A stretch of 64,000 bases of DNA from a virus. The DNA lies in the IMG/VR virus record IMGVR_UViG_3300025425_000009, positions 11,658-75,657 of that record; one strand, written 5' to 3'. The notes beneath the pieces were generated by a model. It saw only the letters and a program-made list of their open reading frames with translations. It searched no databases and was not told where the DNA came from. Positions 10,105 to 19,338 of this stretch are shown in pieces. Position numbers and translations under genes: made by a program. The number at the start of each line of letters is the position of its first letter. The first letter of the stretch is position 1.

Positions 10105-10866
10105 ATGATATACAAACTAGTGTTCATAGATACAGAGACGACTGGCCTTACTGACGATGTCAATGCCAGGCTACTGCAGGTAGCTTACACAGTAGGAACA
10201 AAACAGGTTGACGAAATGTACCTGCCTCCTGTGGAGATAGGTGCTGGAGCTATGGCAGTTCACAAGATCACTCCTCAGATGGTGGAGTCAAAGCCAGAGT
10301 TCAGAGGTTCACCAGAACACAAGGAGTTGGTTCGACTGTTTAAACAAAAGAAGAACGTGTTTGTTGCACACAACGCTGCATTTGATGTTGAAATGATAGA
10401 GCGTGAAGGTGTGGATATTGTTTCAGTGTTGTGCACCAAGCGGTTGGCCCAGACGCTAATGCCGCTTGCTGAGCATGCCGCACTAGCAAATCACAAACTA
10501 CAAACGTTAAGAGAGTATTTTGGTATTGAGCTTAAAGATGCACGTGCCCATGATGCGTTAGGCGATGTGCTGGTCATGGTCGAGGTTTTCAAAGAACTAT
10601 ACAAGATAGCAAAGGGGAAAGCAAATGCCAAAGCAGTCACACTTGGCAGAGTAAAATACACAAAAGATGAAATCTTAGAAAGAATGATCGAATTGTCAAG
10701 TGGACCTGTCCCACCAGACAGCCCAATGCCTTTCGGTAAACATGCAGGAACCTCCCTTAGAGATCTTGTAACAAACGAGCGCAGCTACTGTGAGTGGCTA
10801 CTTAGAAACACAGATGACAGTGGAGGAGTTAACCCAACACTAAGGGCATTACTAAATCGAAACTAA
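10105..10866 (+). CDS. DEDDh 3'-5' exonuclease with a C-terminal MPFGKH domain
   Basis: FIDTETTG, AHNAAFD, AHDALGD. Confidence 0.9.
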   Translation: MIYKLVFIDTETTGLTDDVNARLLQVAYTVGTKQVDEMYLPPVEIGAGAMAVHKITPQMVESKPEFRGSPEHKELVRLFKQKKNVFVAHNAAFDVEMIEREGVDIVSVLCTKRLAQTLMPLAEHAALANHKLQTLREYFGIELKDARAHDALGDVLVMVEVFKELYKIAKGKANAKAVTLGRVKYTKDEILERMIELSSGPVPPDSPMPFGKHAGTSLRDLVTNERSYCEWLLRNTDDSGGVNPTLRALLNRN

Positions 10867-10870
10867 TATT

Positions 10871-13504
10871 ATGTCAAAACCAGATTACTCAAACATTAAC
10901 GCACTGACCGCATGGGATGAAGGCAAGGACATTAAGATTGCTTGCAAAATCAAGGATGATAAAACAGGGAACTGGTCGCGTGGTGTCAAGACTATATCTG
11001 GGTTTGAATGGTACTTCGCCCTTAGCGCCAAGGATGTGGAAAAGAAGGTAGTCAAACTACTCATAAACAACTACTACGATAAAGGTGTGGTTGTGCGTAT
11101 TGAGGATTACAAGGACGACTGGGTCAAGGTGTACTGCAACAAAGAATCAACTGATGTAAGGTACGGCACAGGTACAAGTTCCAACGTTAAGTATCTGATC
11201 CAGGACTTGAAAAGGGAAGGAGTTGTATTGTATGAGTCTGACCTTTCTATGTGGAAGCGATTCTGCATTGATAACAAAATTGATGTTGCAGGTAATCTTG
11301 ATATACTTTACTTCGATATTGAGACAGATGACACCCATGACGGTATAGAGATTGGTGCACACACTATTCTTTCTTGGGCAGCTATGAACTCCAACGGTGA
11401 TGAGTTCTTCTGGCTTAACGAGGAATCTACCGGAGGAGAACCTGGGCTGCTGAAAGGGTTCCTGAACCTAATGACAGATCATGACCTTATATCAGGTTGG
11501 AATTCAGGAGGGTTTGACCTACCTTATATACAAGGAAGGCTAGAGTTTCACAACATAGACCCAGGCGATATGTTCAAAAAGAAACTGCACATAGATCTTA
11601 TGCAAAGATGTGCAAAGGTGTACAGCTATGAAATGTTTAACATTGGCTTGAAAGGTTTCTCCTTGAATGAAGTGTCCAGGGTGTTCCTTGGCGCACAAAA
11701 GGTTGAGCATGAGGAAGGCATTATGGAGATGTATCTCAACAACCCAGAACTCCTTGAAGAGTATAACAGACAAGATGTTAAGCTACTGTTTGACTTGGAC
11801 AACAAACTCCTAATCACTGATTTGATGATCAAGGAGTGTCAGTGGACAGGTGCGTTCCTGGATAGGTTCTACATTGGCGAGTTGCTTGATAACTATATAT
11901 TGAGACGTACTCATGAAATGGGGTTCTTCCAACACGCTAGGCCTGATTGGAATGAGAAACAGTCCTTAGACAACATCTCTATTCGTGGAGGGTTTGTTAT
12001 GGCACCTGTACCAGGTGTTTATGATGGTGTTAGAGTATTCGATTTCAAATCACTGTACCCGTCAATCATGGTGGGGTTCAATATAGGACGTGATTCACTC
12101 AACAAGGAACTGTCAGATCATGGGTTTGTAGCTATGTCACAGTTTCTTAGAACAGGCACTAAGGACGAGATCAAGGTTGAACTAGTTGATTTTGGCCAGT
12201 GGAAAGCATTCCTAGAATCAGAGAAAGCAAGGTTGGATCCTAAAGATGAGCACATACAAACAGCCAACAACGCATTCTTTTCCAAAAGTAAGATATCATT
12301 CGTCGGTGACCTTGTTCAGCACCTATTGAATCTTAGGGCAGACTGGAAAGCACAGGCAAAAGGGATGGACAAAGATGATCCTGAGTATGTTAACATCCAG
12401 CAGTCACAAGGTATTGTGAAGGAGATGGCTAACTCTATGTATGGTATCACAGGTGACAAGGGTAGTCGCTACTTTGATCAGAGTGTTGCAGAGGCTATCA
12501 CCTTGACAGGTCAGTTCCTCAACCGTTTGTCATCTCACTTTGCACAGAGGCACGGGTACTCAACAATCTACGGAGATACTGACTCCATCTTTGTGCCTAT
12601 CGCTAGTGATGAAGGTACAACCTCCTTAGTTGCGAAGGTAGAGGCTGATCTTAAGGAGTACTTGGAAAGTCATGTCGGTGTTACCAACAACATCATAGAA
12701 CTTGAGTATGAAAAGAAGTTTAGCAGAATGATCATGCTAGATAAGAAGCGGTATGCTGGTAAGATGGTGCTGTACGATGGGTATGCTACTGATAAAATAT
12801 TTTCACGCGGTACAGAGAACATCAAAAAGAACACAATTAGAATCACCCGTGAAGCGTTGGTTGAGCTAATCCACTGGGTGGTTGATGATGATACTGACAT
12901 TTCAGTAGCTAAGGCAAAGACGTGGGTTGAATCACTTATGAGTAAGATGCTTAACGATGATATAGATCCAGATGATCTTAACATGATTATCAAGGTGTCG
13001 AAACCACCATCTAAGTACAAATCAAAGCCACTCCACGTCAGGCTAGCAGAACGGCTGATCAATGCTGGTATGTTACCACCTATCATAGAAGGAAAGAGGT
13101 CGTGGGGTACAAGACTAGATTACATAGTGGTCAAAGATCCTGAGACAGGTAAACAAGAAGGTATACTTCGTGAAGAGTGGGCAGGTGTTTGGGACAGGCA
13201 ATACTACTGGGAGGTGCAAGTGTACGCACCTATCAGGCGGTTCCTAGAGGTTGTGTTTCCTAGTGAGGACTGGGGGATCTACTCCATTGAGGAGCAGGAC
13301 AAAATCAAGAGAAAGAAGGACAGGGAGGAATCGAAGATACTCAAGTTTATAGATCTAGAAGAAAAGAGAAAGACAAGGCATATCAAAAAAGCAGAGATGA
13401 CTGCAAAGAAACAGAAGGCCCTTGAGGATAAGGAAAAGGCAAAGAATGAAAAGCGCCGTAACGCGATATTGGCCAAGATCAATAAGACCAAAGAGGCAAG
13501 CTAA
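10871..13504 (+). CDS. polB: Family B DNA polymerase
   Basis: FDIET, FDLPY, DFKSLYPS, KEMANSMYG, YGDTDS, KKRY. Confidence 0.95.
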   Translation: MSKPDYSNINALTAWDEGKDIKIACKIKDDKTGNWSRGVKTISGFEWYFALSAKDVEKKVVKLLINNYYDKGVVVRIEDYKDDWVKVYCNKESTDVRYGTGTSSNVKYLIQDLKREGVVLYESDLSMWKRFCIDNKIDVAGNLDILYFDIETDDTHDGIEIGAHTILSWAAMNSNGDEFFWLNEESTGGEPGLLKGFLNLMTDHDLISGWNSGGFDLPYIQGRLEFHNIDPGDMFKKKLHIDLMQRCAKVYSYEMFNIGLKGFSLNEVSRVFLGAQKVEHEEGIMEMYLNNPELLEEYNRQDVKLLFDLDNKLLITDLMIKECQWTGAFLDRFYIGELLDNYILRRTHEMGFFQHARPDWNEKQSLDNISIRGGFVMAPVPGVYDGVRVFDFKSLYPSIMVGFNIGRDSLNKELSDHGFVAMSQFLRTGTKDEIKVELVDFGQWKAFLESEKARLDPKDEHIQTANNAFFSKSKISFVGDLVQHLLNLRADWKAQAKGMDKDDPEYVNIQQSQGIVKEMANSMYGITGDKGSRYFDQSVAEAITLTGQFLNRLSSHFAQRHGYSTIYGDTDSIFVPIASDEGTTSLVAKVEADLKEYLESHVGVTNNIIELEYEKKFSRMIMLDKKRYAGKMVLYDGYATDKIFSRGTENIKKNTIRITREALVELIHWVVDDDTDISVAKAKTWVESLMSKMLNDDIDPDDLNMIIKVSKPPSKYKSKPLHVRLAERLINAGMLPPIIEGKRSWGTRLDYIVVKDPETGKQEGILREEWAGVWDRQYYWEVQVYAPIRRFLEVVFPSEDWGIYSIEEQDKIKRKKDREESKILKFIDLEEKRKTRHIKKAEMTAKKQKALEDKEKAKNEKRRNAILAKINKTKEAS

Positions 13505-13549
13505 CTGTTAACAACTTCAGTGTACACATCGTAACTTAAGTAATATAAT
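13505..13549 (+). promoter_or_regulatory. Boxed promoter (box inverted), probably leaderless
   Basis: CTGTTAACAAC, TGTACA-17-TATAAT, ATG at 13556. Confidence 0.72.
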
Positions 13550-13555
13550 CAACAT

Positions 13556-14092
13556 ATGAAAGCAAACAAAACACAAACAATCATAATTATGGAAGGTGCA
13601 GACATGATGGGAAAGACAAGTATAGGTGCAGCACTGTCAAACAAGCTTGATGTTCCTATTGTCAAGATGACTCGTAGTGAGAAGTGGTTTGACCCTATGA
13701 TAGACCTGATGTATGCAGGTGAAACCCACTGCCAGCTGGCTCAGCAAACAGGGTATGACTTTATCTACGATAGACTGTTTCCTAGTGAGTATGCATACAG
13801 TAGAGCGTACCAACGATCCACATCACATGAAAAGATAATTTCCATTGATGCTCGTTATGCAAAGATGGGGGCACTTGTAGTTGTGTGTTTCAAGGATCCT
13901 AAAGCGTATCAAGAAGATGACAAAGGCATCATCGACGTTGCAAAATACAGTCAGCTTACAGAGTGGTACAAGGAATTCAAGAAACTGTCTAAGTGTGAAG
14001 TACTCATGCTTGACACAACAGAGGAAAACCTAGAGGACCAGTTAAAACAAATACAGGAGGCATTAGAAACAGCACAAGCTAAAGTAAAATAA
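13556..14092 (+). CDS. dNMP (thymidylate-like) kinase
   Basis: MEGADMMGKTS P-loop, YDRLFPSEYAY. Confidence 0.85.
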   Translation: MKANKTQTIIIMEGADMMGKTSIGAALSNKLDVPIVKMTRSEKWFDPMIDLMYAGETHCQLAQQTGYDFIYDRLFPSEYAYSRAYQRSTSHEKIISIDARYAKMGALVVVCFKDPKAYQEDDKGIIDVAKYSQLTEWYKEFKKLSKCEVLMLDTTEENLEDQLKQIQEALETAQAKVK

Positions 14093-14094
14093 AT

Positions 14095-14817
14095 ATGAAG
14101 TCACTTCTCAACGATGATACAGCGCAGTATCTTAAAAAAATAGATTATACAAGCACATGGAGTGTTGGCCATCATTACAGGTTCCTACTATTTGCTAATT
14201 ACGTAGTTAAATCTGGTGCCAAGAAGGTGCTTGATGTAGGATTCGGAAAAAACATGCTGATTCATTATCTAATAGATGCTGGGTTTGATGGCGAGTATAT
14301 TGCAGTGGACATCAATCAGGACTACATTGATGCAGGACAGCAGGAATGGGATTCTGAGATCAGTAAGAGGGATGGTTGTGAGTGCAGTGCACAATACGTG
14401 TTCGGGGAAACAGTAAACATGGAGGTCGACGTTGTTGTGCTTGGTGAGTTTGTGGAACACATCCCAAAGGACACAGTCAAAGACGTTCTTGCAGGGTACA
14501 GGAAGCAACTAACTGATGGTGGATCAGTTATTATTTCCACACCTAACAAGCATAACGGTGAACTAAACTGGCCGGACGATCATGAGGATGAGTTTGAGTT
14601 AGACGAACTCCTTGAGGTAGTAGCTGGGAGTGGCCTTGTATCTCACCAAGTTGTAGGGTATTGGAACAACACAGCAGGTGTCAAATCACACCTAACTAAG
14701 GAGCAGTTGGCTACGTACGAAAATGATGCTGCGTATCTACCAGCATCTTTACTAAACGTACAGCACTGTTTGTCATACCCACGGGATTCAAGGGCAGTAA
14801 TTGTAATTGCAAAATAA
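14095..14817 (+). CDS. Class I SAM-dependent methyltransferase
   Basis: VLDVGFG, AVDIN, EFVEHI, IISTPN. Confidence 0.85.
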   Translation: MKSLLNDDTAQYLKKIDYTSTWSVGHHYRFLLFANYVVKSGAKKVLDVGFGKNMLIHYLIDAGFDGEYIAVDINQDYIDAGQQEWDSEISKRDGCECSAQYVFGETVNMEVDVVVLGEFVEHIPKDTVKDVLAGYRKQLTDGGSVIISTPNKHNGELNWPDDHEDEFELDELLEVVAGSGLVSHQVVGYWNNTAGVKSHLTKEQLATYENDAAYLPASLLNVQHCLSYPRDSRAVIVIAK

Positions 14818-14818
14818 C

Positions 14819-15196
14819 ATGGGAATGCATTTTGATGTAGCAGTATACAGCAAGACAAAGTTTCGTGAATCACTCAAGGAAACACACAGTGATGACAATG
14901 CCAAGGTCGTCATGGCAGCTGTAGAAGCTGCGTCAGCAGGGGATGACAGTGTGTTTGCACTTCTTGCATGTGAATACTGGGATGACTATAACCCAAGGTG
15001 GGAACTACCAAGACTCATACAGGCGTTGGCGATTGATGTGACAACCTACGATGGTGTGGAGGAACTTGACAAATACAGCATAGGCACCAACCACCAAGCG
15101 TTCAACGCTGAGGAGTGGTACAGCGATAACACTGGTAAGTCGTTACCTGCTCATCCATACGACGATGACTATGATGATGATAAAGATATTAACTAA
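14819..15196 (+). CDS. hypothetical acidic protein
   Basis: packed ORF; ATG follows the upstream stop. Confidence 0.55.
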   Translation: MGMHFDVAVYSKTKFRESLKETHSDDNAKVVMAAVEAASAGDDSVFALLACEYWDDYNPRWELPRLIQALAIDVTTYDGVEELDKYSIGTNHQAFNAEEWYSDNTGKSLPAHPYDDDYDDDKDIN

Positions 15197-15205
15197 CTTA
15201 TACTT

Positions 15206-16150
15206 ATGAAAATTGGAATCTACAAACCGTTCAAGAAAGTGTACTTTCATGATGACAAAGAAGACAACGCAGCATGGAGTTTTGAGGTAACAACAGTTGC
15301 CAAGATATTAGCAAGGCAAGGGCACAAGGTCAGTATGTTGAGTGACACTGATCTTAGGGATGGCGCGTTTATTAACATAGACACATCTGGGCTGAATGAG
15401 ATATATGACAGGATCATACTGTTCAGCGGTACATTTTCACTTGATAAAGAAGGTGAAGGAATCATAGACATTCTAAAAGGACTTACTCCTCGCCTAGACT
15501 TCATGCTCACCGATCTTCGTCTTGTACCAGAGGATAAGTCAAAATATGAGATGTTTGACACTATCTACACCCAGGCTACCAAGCCTATAGAGTCAATAGG
15601 CCACTTAGCAAAACAAAAGTATGGTGCTATCTCAGAGTTTATACTTTACAAGCATGAATGGGACCTGTCGACTGAAGAAATGAATGCAAACAAGAGCACT
15701 ACATTTTATTTCGGAGGCACTGAACGCGGTAGACTGGACGACTTCATTGAGTATGTGTGGAGACCGAACCATGTTATCACAACTAAAAGTGCGTTCTTTC
15801 AAACTGAAAACAGGGTTAACCGTCACGAATACATGAAACTGTTAGATGACACAAAGTACAGTATTGTTATTGCTGATGTTGATTACAACGAAAACAGCTT
15901 CATCACACCCAGACCTTACGAGTACTACATTCATGATATAGTAGCGTTTGTGGATTCCAAGTTTGATCCTGATGGTCACATCGTACCAGTCAACGACTGG
16001 TGTAGAGTGTCCAGCTTTAAAGAGATGCAGGTAAAAATAAATTACCTTGAAGAGAATGAGGAAGAACGAATGCAGTTGCTAATGAAGCAGCGACTTGTAA
16101 TAACCGATGAACACATCACTGGGTCTTATGTCTATGAAACCATCAAATAA
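15206..16150 (+). CDS. DNA beta-glucosyltransferase homologue (T4 BGT family)
   Basis: motifs colinear with T4 BGT: MKIGI, YDRII, LTDLRL, YFGGTER, IVIADVDYNENSFITPRPYE, FVDSKFD. Confidence 0.82.
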   Translation: MKIGIYKPFKKVYFHDDKEDNAAWSFEVTTVAKILARQGHKVSMLSDTDLRDGAFINIDTSGLNEIYDRIILFSGTFSLDKEGEGIIDILKGLTPRLDFMLTDLRLVPEDKSKYEMFDTIYTQATKPIESIGHLAKQKYGAISEFILYKHEWDLSTEEMNANKSTTFYFGGTERGRLDDFIEYVWRPNHVITTKSAFFQTENRVNRHEYMKLLDDTKYSIVIADVDYNENSFITPRPYEYYIHDIVAFVDSKFDPDGHIVPVNDWCRVSSFKEMQVKINYLEENEEERMQLLMKQRLVITDEHITGSYVYETIK

Positions 16151-16727
16151 GCAAGTATCACTTGACAGAGTACACTTGGCATATCACAAAAGATATGCTG
16201 TCACCTACCCTGACTTTGATCTTGGTTTTTTTAACGGGAACAGTATTCTGTTTGTGTCAGATGCACCTCTTAAGCAGAGTGTTACTAGGATAGTTAGTGT
16301 TCCTAACGAAGACACACTCAAGGCTGCTGACATTGATTCGAGCACTCGTGTGCTTAACTCTAGTGTAGGTCACGTTATAAAAGGTGTGGCACCTGGGCAA
16401 TGGGATACGATATCTTGCACAAGTGTTCACAAGACACAGGGCCATGAAGACAGACCTGCCTTGAACTCAGAAAGAGGTGAGGAGTTTGAGATCCTTCTCA
16501 ATCAGATCAAGTACCTACAGCCTAACCTGATTATTCTGCTAGGAGAGATAACAGGTCTTCGTTTCCACGTAGAAGAGTATTATGAACTTAGACTGTACGA
16601 CGGAAAAAGTATAGTAATGATGATACCGGACGATCTGGAATCAGAAAAATCTATCCTTAGGGCTAAGCTAGCGGTCATGGACGCAAGCGAATACTATGCA
16701 TTATCAGGTCTTAACAAAATTGTATGA
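16107..16727 (+). CDS. degenerate uracil-DNA glycosylase-fold protein
   Basis: ILFVSDAP and QIKYLQPNLIILLG resemble family-4 UDG; no terminal HP motif. Confidence 0.55.
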   Translation: MNTSLGLMSMKPSNKQVSLDRVHLAYHKRYAVTYPDFDLGFFNGNSILFVSDAPLKQSVTRIVSVPNEDTLKAADIDSSTRVLNSSVGHVIKGVAPGQWDTISCTSVHKTQGHEDRPALNSERGEEFEILLNQIKYLQPNLIILLGEITGLRFHVEEYYELRLYDGKSIVMMIPDDLESEKSILRAKLAVMDASEYYALSGLNKIV

Positions 16728-17029
16728 AATTAAGAAACCCATTCACTGCTGAAAATAGAGAGCTGTTCAGATATAAGTACGATTGTGATGTATGCGGAAT
16801 GAGTGGAGTGGATGCACTCCATCATATTCTTGGAAGAGTGTCAAGCTCTCCACTTAACGCGTCAACTGTGCATAACCATAAATGCCATATCGGTAACTAT
16901 GCACTGGACTCGTTTGACACACAGGCAAGGCTACTTAAAAACACACTGCAGTATCTGTTACAGGAAGGGTATGTGCTGACACCAGCAGACGTTCAATTTC
17001 AGGCTGATTATGCACTGTACTATGCCTAA
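16724..17029 (+). CDS. HNH-like nuclease
   Basis: CDVCG..DALHHILGR..N..HNHKCH. Confidence 0.65.
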   Translation: MKLRNPFTAENRELFRYKYDCDVCGMSGVDALHHILGRVSSSPLNASTVHNHKCHIGNYALDSFDTQARLLKNTLQYLLQEGYVLTPADVQFQADYALYYA

Positions 17030-17564
17030 CAATAAACACAGCAGTAAACTAAAGTTTGGGCTTCTTGCTGAGGACTACTTCCTTCAAGCTGCTGCAGCTC
17101 AACTCAAGGATCACTTTCCATGGGTTAGTGTTTTAGAGAGACGGTCTACAGCTGAGCGTTGTAGAGTTACAAAAGACACTTTCTCAGAAGTAGATGCCAA
17201 GATCACAGTGGACAGGTGCGGCAAGGCTCCGTACTCCACACTCATGGATTTCAAGACAACGTCTGATCCAAAACATAAATACTCAAAACATAAAGCAGGC
17301 TGGTATGGAGGAACACTCCTTATGAGCCACGCTTGCCACAATGCAATGATACGTCGTGACAACTCAATGCTGTTTGTTCTATTCATGGGAGATGGCCACC
17401 CTGTGATAGAGGTGTTTGACTATTGCAAGTTGGAACAGTTTGGGCCAGAGATGATACAAGGTAATTCAAAACACAGGGTAGGGTTTTCAGATAATGCAAG
17501 AGTGGACCGCATGTATGTAAACACCACAGCAGAGTTTTTATCAATATCTAAGATACTATTATGA
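17010..17564 (+). CDS. putative PD-(D/E)XK endonuclease
   Basis: GLLAE...VDA...MDFKT. Confidence 0.45.
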   Translation: MHCTMPNNKHSSKLKFGLLAEDYFLQAAAAQLKDHFPWVSVLERRSTAERCRVTKDTFSEVDAKITVDRCGKAPYSTLMDFKTTSDPKHKYSKHKAGWYGGTLLMSHACHNAMIRRDNSMLFVLFMGDGHPVIEVFDYCKLEQFGPEMIQGNSKHRVGFSDNARVDRMYVNTTAEFLSISKILL

Positions 17565-17794
17565 TTACAGTAAACGACCTGATAACAGTTCTAAAGACAC
17601 TGCCTAAGACAGCAGTAGTTCTAGTAGACTCAGATCAAGAAGGTAACAACACCATGACCATGTACGGAGTTAGCACAGGGTTTGCAGATACAAGTGAGCA
17701 TGGGAGTATAGATGTTTATTCAAAGGAAGACCTTGCTGACAACGACATGAAGTCAGACGACCTCAGTGAGTGTGTTGTAATACTGCCAGGTTAG
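17561..17794 (+). CDS. hypothetical phage protein
   Basis: MITVNDLI..L..LP..DQEGN pattern. Confidence 0.65.
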   Translation: MITVNDLITVLKTLPKTAVVLVDSDQEGNNTMTMYGVSTGFADTSEHGSIDVYSKEDLADNDMKSDDLSECVVILPG

Positions 17795-17795
17795 T

Positions 17796-18233
17796 ATGAC
17801 ATATTCAGATAACAACACGGAGCAAAAGGTGGTGATGGTGTCAGGTGGGTTTGACCCTGTACATGTGGGGCATTTACGAATGTTTGAAGAAGCCAGCAGG
17901 CTAGGTACCTCATTGATTGTTGTGCTAAATTGTGATGACTGGTTGACAAGAAAGAAAGGGAAAGCATTCATGTCACAGACAGAAAGGAAGGAGCTAATAG
18001 AAGGGTTTCGGTGTGTTGACAGAGTAGAGATCCTGCAGTCAGATCATGACCATGTGTGTGAGGCCCTTCGTAAATACAGACCAGATGTGTTTGCAAACGG
18101 AGGTGACAGAAAAAGTGATAACACTCCGGAGTACAGAGTGTGTGCCAGTCTCAAGATAGAGATGGCATTTGATGTAGGGCATGGAGGCAAGGTGCAGTCA
18201 AGTTCAGAGATGTTAAAGAATTACAATGGCTAA
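17796..18233 (+). CDS. Cytidylyltransferase-family (HxGH) nucleotidyltransferase
   Basis: SGGFDPVHVGH, FANGGDR, KVQSSS. Confidence 0.9.
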   Translation: MTYSDNNTEQKVVMVSGGFDPVHVGHLRMFEEASRLGTSLIVVLNCDDWLTRKKGKAFMSQTERKELIEGFRCVDRVEILQSDHDHVCEALRKYRPDVFANGGDRKSDNTPEYRVCASLKIEMAFDVGHGGKVQSSSEMLKNYNG

Positions 18234-18714
18234 GCAATATCTAGGCATTGACGGAGGTCATGCTGGAGCACTAACTGTAATAGAAGGTGACTCTGTAGTT
18301 GAAAAGATTGTCATGCCTATTCAAAAAACATCTGCTAGCAGGAATGAGTACAACTGCTTTGATATAATAACTTTTCTGAACAAGTACCCTGATGCCACAG
18401 TAGTGTTTGAAAAGGCACACGCTATGCCACAGCTTGGGTCTGTTCAGGCATTTAACTTCGGCAAGGGGTTTGGCATGATGATAGGTATCCTCACTGCCTT
18501 AAAAATGAAGTTTCATATTGTGCATGCAAAGACATGGCAATCTGAAATGTTCAAAGATCTACCTAAGCAAGACACAAAAGCTATGAGTTGCATGGTGGCA
18601 CAGCGACTGTTTCCTAGCGAAGACTTTACTCCTACAGAGCGTAGCAACAAACTACATGACGGGTTTACTGACTCTGTGTTACTAGCTGAGTTTGGTAGAC
18701 GCAGAAACTTATAA
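18226..18714 (+). CDS. RuvC-like Holliday junction resolvase
   Basis: LGIDGG, VFEK, FNFGKGFG, HDGFTDSVL. Confidence 0.8.
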   Translation: MAKQYLGIDGGHAGALTVIEGDSVVEKIVMPIQKTSASRNEYNCFDIITFLNKYPDATVVFEKAHAMPQLGSVQAFNFGKGFGMMIGILTALKMKFHIVHAKTWQSEMFKDLPKQDTKAMSCMVAQRLFPSEDFTPTERSNKLHDGFTDSVLLAEFGRRRNL

Positions 18715-18729
18715 GTAATACCACACTAT

Positions 18730-18978
18730 ATGAGAACAGAACATGACATAATCGTCTGCAAGACCTGCATGCACGGTAGGTTCAAAGGAACATATTGTAA
18801 GAATTGCAAGAGCACCAAGTCGTATTACGTAGCAGTAGCACTGATGCGGTCGCATAGAATAGCAAACCCCAAAGATGCAGTAGGATCAGTAGCAGTAGGC
18901 ATGGGAAAGGACTATGTGAAACGTGTGTACGGTGTGAAGCTATCACTGTTTCGGCGGGTTCGGTATTTGCTAGGATAG
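18730..18978 (+). CDS. small Zn-binding hypothetical protein
   Basis: CKTC...CKNC. Confidence 0.55.
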   Translation: MRTEHDIIVCKTCMHGRFKGTYCKNCKSTKSYYVAVALMRSHRIANPKDAVGSVAVGMGKDYVKRVYGVKLSLFRRVRYLLG

Positions 18979-19206
18979 TGTATAATTAACATAGGGCAAA
19001 TGACTGCTCATTTCCACGATGAAACAAAAAAAGAAAACATCAAATGAAACTAGAATACACAGACCAAGTGTCGCCTCTTCCTCAGGAAGAAAATATGTCA
19101 ACAGAGGACCGATGTGGTTCTTCCACAAACGAGGAACTCACCCGAGATCCTTTGCAAACCATACTCCAGTTTGAGTACTGACTAACCTGCATACTGGTTC
19201 CACATG

Positions 19207-19243
19207 CTGCTAGCCTAACCCATAGGCTAGTGGCATTTTTTCT
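19207..19243 (+). terminator. intrinsic terminator
   Basis: CTAGCCTA/TAGGCTAG hairpin followed by a T-run. Confidence 0.75.
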
Positions 19244-19260
19244 TACACTGCCAAAAAAAA

Positions 19261-19308
19261 GTTGTTAACAGGTCCGGTATGTACAACTATTGGCAAGCGT
19301 GGTATTAT
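19261..19308 (+). promoter_or_regulatory. Boxed promoter of the Ro60 operon
   Basis: GTTGTTAACAGG, TGTACA-17-TATTAT with extended TG. Confidence 0.75.
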
Positions 19309-19338
19309 ATACTTAATTACAAAATAACGTTCTTACAT

